From a virus (Duplodnaviria; Caudoviricetes): 59,324 bases of DNA. The position numbers were made by a program, and so were the translations under genes. Positions 57,001-59,324 of this stretch are shown one piece after another (the first letter of the stretch is position 1; each line of letters starts with the position of its first letter). The stretch is from positions 1 through 59,324 of the IMG/VR virus record IMGVR_UViG_3300020442_000455; one strand, 5' to 3'. A model generated the notes under the pieces. That model worked only from the letters and a program-made list of their open reading frames with translations. It ran no database searches and was not told where the DNA came from.

Positions 57001-57666
57001 AAGAGTAATGATAGTGTTCTGTGCAAAACCCTTGAGATAGAAAATGTAAGTATTACCAATGCTATCAGAAGGAGTTGCTGTTCTAGGTGCCTGAGTGAAA
57101 ACAATATCAGTTCCGTCAACTGTGTAGTCTACACCAGGAATCAGAACGTCTTCATAGGTCGCAACAACCAAATGCTCCGCAGTTGGAGGAGAAATAGGTT
57201 GATCTCCGCTTTTTAGTGGAAATCTTACGGTACTAGAATCAAAATCATTGAACAAATTTACTAGTTCAATCCACTTTCCACGGAAAGTGTCGTAACTAAT
57301 ACCATCAGTGATAGCAACATTAGGTGATTTTGTCGCCTTTTCATAAAAGATGATCTCATCACCAATCTTGATTGTACCATTATTCTCAACAAACCCGTAT
57401 ACGTCCTCTACAACAATAGTAGTGTCCGTAGCAGAGATGTCTTCAAGAATATAAGCACCACCTTCTAGAAGGCGAAGATCATATTCATCAATGTCAAGAT
57501 AATTAGCAAGATTGTTTAGAATATTATAGCTCAGACCAGTCTTCTCTTGAGACTTGTAGTAATACTCAAGAAAGGTTACAAACTGATGATGATCTCTGTC
57601 AATAAATTCTGGAACCTGCTGCTTGATAGCGCGGGATACCTTATTGACTTCTATATTTCTTGCCAT
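39025..57666 (-). CDS. Giant multidomain baseplate wedge protein, gp7-like
   Basis: 6213-aa uninterrupted ORF directly after gp6, with gp7-type motifs QVPEFI...FVTFLEYYYKSQE, IKNIRDFYQSKGT..AI.YLFKILYG and QDSYFYQSFSYVV...HPAGFKLFG. Also a YHYH domain, a propeller-like region, two LamG-like domains and four helical Cys repeats. Confidence 0.85.
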   Translation of the reverse strand: MARNIEVNKVSRAIKQQVPEFIDRDHHQFVTFLEYYYKSQEKTGLSYNILNNLANYLDIDEYDLRLLEGGAYILEDISATDTTIVVEDVYGFVENNGTIKIGDEIIFYEKATKSPNVAITDGISYDTFRGKWIELVNLFNDFDSSTVRFPLKSGDQPISPPTAEHLVVATYEDVLIPGVDYTVDGTDIVFTQAPRTATPSDSIGNTYIFYLKGFAQNTIITLDSIQAQFNGANREFALSRTNGNTTPVPYRPVITEYTLVIQENRLLTPNVDYSIYESTIIFKNAPPEYDTCHILSLEAPIPSFGSGAAAITEIDNGQVSRILVKDAGSGYRIQNPPKVTIGGGGGFGATAVASVSGVSKMRLLDGGRGYSSTNPPTVVVEDSESGTTAKIKATVEDGSVTALDLLSSGSNYTVTPRVSFIDPGGATISTCTVSSGEIVPGSVSLLTPGQGYSVAPIVYVDEPTGPDPIQAQITTTIDSDGKVNSVTVNNPGRGYLVAPRIAIIDPTQAQILEVRVDNLGRVIAIDILSGGVGFVDVPSIYIVDNRKDGAGNSIGGAGATATASIFNGEITDINITNFGSGYDAANPPTVYIQRPPEAKASVEISFSGITGFEIIESGRDFSKSQFEGCARGVAGPIGFDSLGNLKFRQSSTAVAHTVDEASKADCLDGLFLKKMLTKFVDQFMPDLPYLDFAKIDVNNVIKNIRDFYQSKGTSQAIAYLFKILYGEQVDVEYPREQIIKPSDATWSVDTIVRTIILNGSPEDLRDSLVIQEADPVDGTVKYAQALVENYLTIQTSEYTIYELILAPETIGGKFSIPYKTLLVEAINATDGIITVDSTVGWPERNGEIIVGNELIRYKEKSLNQFIECTRSVNGVVEDWDAGTQVKSNFQLYANKGTPNEVQLEILGIAEAGSTVLTDTGSYYLSGDKLTVSKLGSTGERPQLDSWVYNVKKLVGITSIQGDSRVATAYTDVDHGLLVGDNVTIYGANPVVYNGQFQVIAINKTNKKEFQYETLTDTGNIPPQGTILASIDLNKGKSDEENIFNQIKYYTTNIQNTFFNDNYVYIASTGLPNYNIGPFGASALIPGNQRKLNRFPLNVETISTKTNISPGPVGTFVNGVSVWSYKSTEKMTYGPVTSISVTKAGSDYDADNPPVMTISTVAGQSGTDAKAKVVIDGSLTEIEVIDQGSGYTKVPLVSIVGGGGVGAAATAIVTQGRVSQILVTSPGTGYTSRPVITISGGGGSGATAEAKVRGPIKQVNVSNGGQDYTSKPIITLSSGTGAVAQAIVNNGRIISIAVINAGQGYTTAPNVIIGGSGFGAVARAVIDTDGENAGRVTSIQILNKGIAYTQGTTTIDLVSVGEGAEFDSEVFQWTYNLRETAETDAANGGVFSGYNNQYGGEYGHLSNPQRLRYVLGDNIISSAVGALTESENVEHSPIIGWAFDGNPIYGPYGYDDPTDQGSEIQRVVTSYRLKSELVYNSLTNTDPVRTSGPPLAVNAAGQFIEDYEYVFGLGDLDQYNGRFCKTPEYPDGTYAYFVTIDASENGIPQFPYILGPSYNSIVDTWNLNRDAVQQNIPEGVIRFRDPYENVDIDVERSPNVETDSLTTEDGLQLLFEPMDDNGDGVISGTEITEPNQILEESKLELFDYFPKVSIDSRVDIEVETTTKFEDAKVTGFIVENPGANYQVNDRLIFDNTDTDGSGASAVVSTIRGKTISSYNFETINDTPYGVITTADPHEINIGDKVQVGYNAQLDDSNKRLKVRVVDGIERLTVTQTGTGYNDDVPIEVQIDGDGNSAVIQPVINPTTGAINEFNILNSGSNFTSDPRIIVSHPQILKKTDYYITSIDNQKWARINDTLVTDSKVTYICGETLNASGETCGFVAKMSATGAKQWEKTYSSSSPASGGVKSCTFKSLAYYNNRIYVVGETTPNATIQNLYNPDIIFCRFDEAADGLSASLGFQKGIGGISGATRADYVNKIVQYSDNRFVIGGYTNTNSAYPDDAYIALMSDTGEFVTKRKLSSTDKTERVVDIIVKDQFIYALMEIAPNASSTDTTFAIAKFEVEAFGITSVWTKEYTHVANWFKDLSFSLNEFDEFVVTAGLYDKTQQYVNAIWLAKFDIDATEIWNYRHPIIDITSTTIASITGLGVDIFGECNVLVTIDKPEGKRVDVYKFGYDGKITKHSKNVMASGADGVAAFAGAVDNSGDVYISGQSFWNRNEFVLEFVDSAANPIVDRSDTFTASTTDTPTLTQTNTSGAVNSNRLKLYGKESSGSGSYAPTYLLWDNSTYALQDAFGDGKDFTLEFFAFLPSARSTNNSQTNHVLVAITEGAELNGGIMLMIDQSTKRLELYAANNTQALNSVSPLTGPAAQFLEDRWHHVALVRTGDNFKVFFNGTESITGNTTNVSNANRNLYFGNVPGIASSGVFEATLQFSGSYNYIKLRNRSITSFTMPSDLGSSTSENYAFTDLNWLGNATTRGTYLYKNDDIPYIGVQLKIDKNNDSARLGQHPNLGSNFSGFEFTRTATTSFTIPTSLTSVSLGNWTLGSSGLQLLDFDNSNVTNLLDGFASTYANDIWSSRTATVPAPGSAKVKVTASVLGKFFIKQQNTVKIDNILRLSLNQPADFTAKTKLELRNRSTLVNNNLTAGTFINSAYIVSVDKPNNWVYVAINNNDWSDDLAGNYELSTTQFDEEGLDITGPVPNDVNQIKQFEFPQVTASTPGTFQFDMSTVSYSGGTLDQFARFYNVSTGEAAIPYYSLRIDEVSGSAAYVKGSVISIPEVPATPPLTGTVLPIAYNNTSLTDITISGITGVTKATLFCTLEKVIKPTAAIRTDDVYVVTSNRHYLSAGDMLFVEGNPSRTVNSVQIDEYDGSFPVDRVIGTKEFVYKLPAVAQSNPADSNYGAVEVYAKSPVIKMYYGHQYEFDVSHTSMNGYFLSFSKDNLNKLEYSFNSILRTGLPGGTGATVAFRVTQPEITNISYYFDPSRIGANSPVNENAYLDVVDSPYLGEFTVGILAGATITRGPDVIKFPLANEPEGAANVNQSSYTTSATSVVGQIGNIRIVNPGGFYRKLPIVSNIISSRKIERVNIVEPGTEYKVGVYYSVPIQGDGDGGLVQITVTDGEDAEGETIPGQISSVIITSAGKGYTTATIDIEAIPDILGPGLTGSGAQLEVEIPPFGSGASIFTKGANVGKIKKLKNNNFGYDYPHDYTLRPEITFPINAQLINTSVLRSITVTDPGSGYSQPPTVIIEGGGGAGAIAEATIKNGRIDQIFVKDPGAGYSSEPVVSLKSSFNYVVNLDLGLLQFSYPHGIANGSQVQLQSQDDGDDEAAFPIAAGATGTLNASTTYYAITGSANSLEDDQLKLAITSNNAELGDALTFVNAGSGRQILLTDSFGGAAEANVGTGEFLAGEEIYQGEDVNNPTAIGYVSENDGWLVGPRLLKLVDYTGVFELNEKITGKISKSSGIIADLSTARGVLDIDSITRTTGQFVDDVGKLSEIIQKVQDSYFYQSFSYVVQSSVSIDNWRELVTTNCHPAGFKLFGELNLSEQTLIENRKTDFELTKSVNLSDATVVPNIQNFALVEPIYTQYNNTEVLFRQRRLTSSENILTSSVQRLDDISNLFDGERISFPLAVNQEGVSASADQMMIVLNGVVQNPGTSFSIQGSNIVFAEPPQPAAMVRYANIEIDFLTVYRLDFSNVSGIFPTLGNTIVGLTTGWRGTVIRTSGNSIDVIWNGLADTALTTNGGLQESTATEAGYQVGETFSVSATGFLGILSTVTQLKDGADSNDHLFAFGETITNLGGEKAKIEEINLSVGQQSPIAKLRYTIGTGSTTVEVISYGSTTQAPAPPPAGTFVNGVKYQFGSEIFEVSNVQTTTESTILTVLRGQSGTAPAQQQEGGPVYSTVVEVTQDLSISKTTGTYQSTPGLLEIAQYDIIVGLSSGVVSFITRSFIYTDEVTNTSIPEVVISEGSTFFGLLFNRISNATYPNVVLDNVADSQIQINDFATNLVSFDSNFPGGESVNNYVLEYNNATNPLVAGENIRNYRFEYGNESGPLAVGETAQLRQLALSDFEGDGFFSAGQIIRSENAKAEVLGYNAGEKVIYLGKTGRGTATGEEYHTVTLAGTATLGTTGPKFGLSSLTLDGTAGCNAVVPSSSDFAFGTNGFITECWIYPETASLTGQVTILDMRASAPDTAVRIYIDNAVVTVEVNGATVANAAAAPLSAGSWYHIAYSRASNNGALFIDGVNRGNGTDNTSYPAKAVTVGTAYDGTSGFIGKIDEVMIRTDTTYSSNFTPSTGIYQGVAGIKLLLHFEREFDATTTLDWSGAATWTQGNEFVNSGIKFRFYDAANQVESNIDLIAAEAVYRMDRNFPRLHIPAPVANNKGADAHDLILSNLNFIANEAYERVNPTPPGGTTAADCIDDVKDVVRNIAYNLKYGFNSKTWDAAELYTNGTTIQHLSGNETDSVNVFNQARDIAKQVINNTTVTISGSHGLTQTTDATITYLFGGCVDQMASIDTLMKIVTDTVMDPDGNDAANYPSSISQVTRTHPNHAQCTLDTKLIVTALLSDVRNGGNAYIWDAAAQYVNRSVTPITLNHIVGEEAETIWAIDMANTIAKEVMRRDTVTIQGDHGLTQVVDNTITTDSSSPYCADVATAMDNLILIITNTLDQAYVSAAELVADPNAVAVDYLGTITRTVPTYAWAGGKVYAYRSDDLTVRAVDTVNDYFYVNEIYPDSRYRYIDAADLIEINTEAIVDETAGRMLARYPSLATEMPRNGDGTGAGTDRCKTDLTLLLNAIIKDLKFGGNKYTTEGAKFYLGQNDEIQHVRLQLYASLFAHETLGEMAKLAITGDLEAVTQYTDAIVISDIGITQDAGNCANVKTTIDNLITNMNTIISPVGDRYVDAADLLKFNKQYITEEAIGLMEEEFFYQLSNGVQYQAFTYPGGSVDGRNKCIRDAGIILEAVIADLLTGGNNSSLRAVEEYLNSQLEILHVEDQLTATLYAFEQVQFLAKKAVANLLQTSNNIQLSNDHYVAQYTTREAFVDTTITHDQSGAGGNYSASDCADVQSSIDNLFTVMLATLAPGGDPGRAAAQMILFNKNYYNTEIEQDVINQWGSTAWNTTFDSFIEQVVDDVIHDMVLTDISTNPASTAINNTQTLNSIRSLNVSSDLSAGLNLIPANQTEEFTSGTWNAATSTDITVTANSATAPDGTTTADLIIPANNANDKALSRSYVLTAYTTFDRDNVTFDSDANSFDEGVDISAQRYTFSIFFKAGGNDRARIRLDWDGNNYVFFTIDLTNGNPFSVNSAGIVPVATGVFPQGGGWYRAFITADIPFGVSSLNLKAYGTSNGSTNTAGNGTDGVYMWGAKLNRGDLDVYEAQGGTSFFPDNSLNIRSYILEELDEYMRLALAQGLVTPSPITTFLSFTDATLAARYTAANAQTVVTALVDLYENQLTNNLYYTTVSRQNNITLQTKTFGTRNVPVPLGGEIRQSSFIYGLLSDNTVEVKQYNVNEAEIATTYLRMRISNINDGPFILNDTVQKQGDTAVTGTIYSFWSDENFSYLDVVVTGGTWAAADIVVSNDGAYATVDAITPRLHLIGLQGSFVDGVNFKGYTSGNRADTTAFIKSEAAVLSNTGGKLTVDTDSLVGPFETTSVVYPESSRLYVDINQFAGLELNVGERIVSDGYVRYGVTVQGNLNQFAQGGILYGVSGGVKDTNRRAVITEVDLDNGYIYAQPYLGTFNNGDGFAYYGPVEGEFPVGYAIITTSLPVTGNAAARVVDIKTIGLSKRVFLEDIRGTWSSRETLKARGGYRAQVQTVVELKARVKRSFRGFDSVQTTFKLTTANGTPYFPDPEGHMLIFINGILQPPGSDNAYTAFSDNIQFQEAPEVGASFVGVYLGKLRQLDDISFEFDSLRQSFNLRRSGTFYSLTLTDGVQSSVVRPENNIIVSLNGVIQEPGVAFNLVGSRIIFAEVPRVGSTFVAFSYVGSEADVDAEIVIPPIEPGDFIDIQGETEDREVAVIESSNSLITFDYLGSVFGKDAAASVDPTQGLTIGSIREARVTAGGSGYTSRPLVRIDSTTGDNANIKALVGVERIELTNRGSGYKYPEVEVQSVVDDNYVAPNLSIYPADATPTPVIDALGAGGVGSGIVTETEEQLGVNDNTNTTSGGTTAGSGISGATSGGTAIEELETVPPSTVYNLSGYVATNIWSSSST
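42427..44643 (-). repeat. Four helical repeats resembling the phycobiliprotein globin core
   Basis: Shared pattern DA..(L/Q)...N...I..E ... CxxD.........(D/N)(L/V)..G(G/F)N.....A..Y ... H ... IT...C......(I/M)D.L, seen four times in the translation. Confidence 0.7.
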
Positions 57667-57690
57667 TCGTCCTTTTAGTCTGAATTTGTA

Positions 57691-59324
57691 TTATGAGAAG
57701 CAACCACCTGTCTCTGTTACCGAAGGACCATCAATGATAGGAATACCAGTGATACCACCAGGAACAGTAGTATAATCGCCAGGATCGAAACTATTTAGAG
57801 GGATTTGAGGAGGTAGTGGGGTGCCAATAATAGACACTGTAACTGGAGGTTGTGGGAAGACCACAATCGTACCAGGAGTTGTTGGACTAATAGCATACCC
57901 GTTAGCAGGAATCGCCATAACAGGAACATTGAGTTGTAGGTCAGAAGACTGCCATGGAGTACCATCAGGACCCGTTACAGTGTCTCCACCCGCTCCTAGA
58001 CCCGTTCCAGGCGTTCCAGACCCTGCTGCGCCTGTAGCAGTAGGAACATTGCCTCCGTCGCCTACAATGGCAACAGGACCGATTGTGACTTTACCTGTAT
58101 CGTAGTTGATCGTGCCAAACTTGGTATTTGTAATCTTTTTGGTGTTGCCGTCTTTGTAGAAGGTGTAGATTCCGCCAGAACCATCATCTTCAAAGAAATA
58201 TGGAACACCAGGATCATCACCAGGATAATATGGACCACCTAAGATAACAGGTTCCTTCTTACACTCAATTTCGTTGCCATCGCCATCAGTAACTGTCTGA
58301 CTTGGTTTTGAATCGAACAGTGGAATACCAAATTCCACAACTTCTTCGTTTGTCAGGTTAGTAACAGGTTTGATGTACTTCAGAACCGTAGTTTGGACAC
58401 TAACTGCTTGAATTGATGGATCTGCCAAGGATACCGCTCTAACAAGAGCAGAGTTTTGGTAAGATCCGCCAAAATTGTTCAAACCTGTCTGATCTGCGTA
58501 TTCTGCAAGTGCATCATCAATTTTTGCTTGAATTTCCGAGTTTACAAGTGCAGTCTTATTAGGATCGTATGTAGTAAAGATCTTAGTAGTGACAAACAAC
58601 TCATCTGGATCAACAATATTGGTTTCAATTGCCGCCATAGAGTATTTTTGCAGATTCTTAGCGATTTCTGCTTTTGTTGCATTGTTTAGTGCAGTGCCTG
58701 TCTTGGTTTTCAGTGCAATGAACACTTTTCCATAAACAGGGGGTGATAACTTGTCTCCACCGTACGCTACAGCAGAATCTGTGTTACCATAGACTTTCTT
58801 GACCAGTGTTTCGTAGTCTCTAGTGGTAACTGCGCGGTTTTGTGTCGCATAATACCGTGGTGCGGTATATTTGATCGATTCTACCGTTTCGCGAGGTGCT
58901 CCAGACTGAGATGTCTCCTTTACCTCAACTACAATCTCAGTACCAGCGTAAATTTCGGGACATGAGTCCTCAACTTCACCTACAAAGGTGAATTCTCTAA
59001 TATCATTTGCATCTTCACCGTTGCTAACCAAGTATTCTAGTGTAACAACCTCACCATCAGACAATCCTCTACCAATGACACCATCACCGAAGAATACTTC
59101 GTAACGCATGTCTTCACTTTCATTGATATAGTAAATCCGTGATGTATTATCAAGTTCCGTAATAATATCAACTCTATTATAGGTATCCACCTGAGTTGAC
59201 TGTTCGTTTGGTCGGACAGACACTCTCAAAGTGCTAATGTCCGCGTCTTCATTGGGGATAAGGTATCTTTGACGCTCAAATGTGTCTACAGTATACTCAT
59301 AATCAACAGCAGAACCTTCGTATA
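57691..59324 (-). CDS. gp6: Baseplate wedge subunit (gp6), 5' end outside the window
   Basis: YEVFFGDGVIG, ETVESIKYTAPRYYATQNRAVTTRDYE, PPVYGKVFIALK and GTINYDTG. The frame stays open to the window edge (YEGSAVDYEYTVDTFERQRYLIPNEDADISTL), so the TTG at 59229 is not the true start. Confidence 0.93.
   Translation of the reverse strand, partial: YEGSAVDYEYTVDTFERQRYLIPNEDADISTLRVSVRPNEQSTQVDTYNRVDIITELDNTSRIYYINESEDMRYEVFFGDGVIGRGLSDGEVVTLEYLVSNGEDANDIREFTFVGEVEDSCPEIYAGTEIVVEVKETSQSGAPRETVESIKYTAPRYYATQNRAVTTRDYETLVKKVYGNTDSAVAYGGDKLSPPVYGKVFIALKTKTGTALNNATKAEIAKNLQKYSMAAIETNIVDPDELFVTTKIFTTYDPNKTALVNSEIQAKIDDALAEYADQTGLNNFGGSYQNSALVRAVSLADPSIQAVSVQTTVLKYIKPVTNLTNEEVVEFGIPLFDSKPSQTVTDGDGNEIECKKEPVILGGPYYPGDDPGVPYFFEDDGSGGIYTFYKDGNTKKITNTKFGTINYDTGKVTIGPVAIVGDGGNVPTATGAAGSGTPGTGLGAGGDTVTGPDGTPWQSSDLQLNVPVMAIPANGYAISPTTPGTIVVFPQPPVTVSIIGTPLPPQIPLNSFDPGDYTTVPGGITGIPIIDGPSVTETGGCFS

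Noticed and set aside
1-59324. tRNA or rRNA genes
   Set aside because: Intergenic gaps are short (under about 100 nt) and largely occupied by promoters or terminators; no cloverleaf was recognised.

Overview
The window is the virion morphogenesis (late) region of a T4-like myovirus, most likely a marine cyanomyovirus (Kyanoviridae-like), judged from gene order, protein motifs and TATAAATA late promoters. All credible genes are on the minus strand. In transcription order they are: gp6 (truncated at the window edge), a 6213-aa gp7-like giant baseplate protein, a 575-aa YHYH-plus-serine-hydrolase fusion, a gp9/10-like protein, an 1185-aa YHYH protein, gp8, a VrlC-like protein, two small ORFs, a 2174-aa fibre, gp13-gp16, an island of small ORFs with an SNase-like nuclease, then gp17-gp20, a gp67-like ORF and gp21-gp23. 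The most striking observation is four repeats inside the giant baseplate protein that resemble the globin core of phycobiliprotein subunits by eye. All four keep residues equivalent to both beta-subunit bilin-attachment cysteines and their Asp counter-ions. Neighbouring virion genes carry blue-copper-like motifs, YHYH domains, EF-hand-like loops and an intact esterase triad, which suggests a cofactor-decorated baseplate. The palindromes TTAA and CCGG also appear to be absent. All family calls come from recognising motifs by eye; no searches or counts were run.
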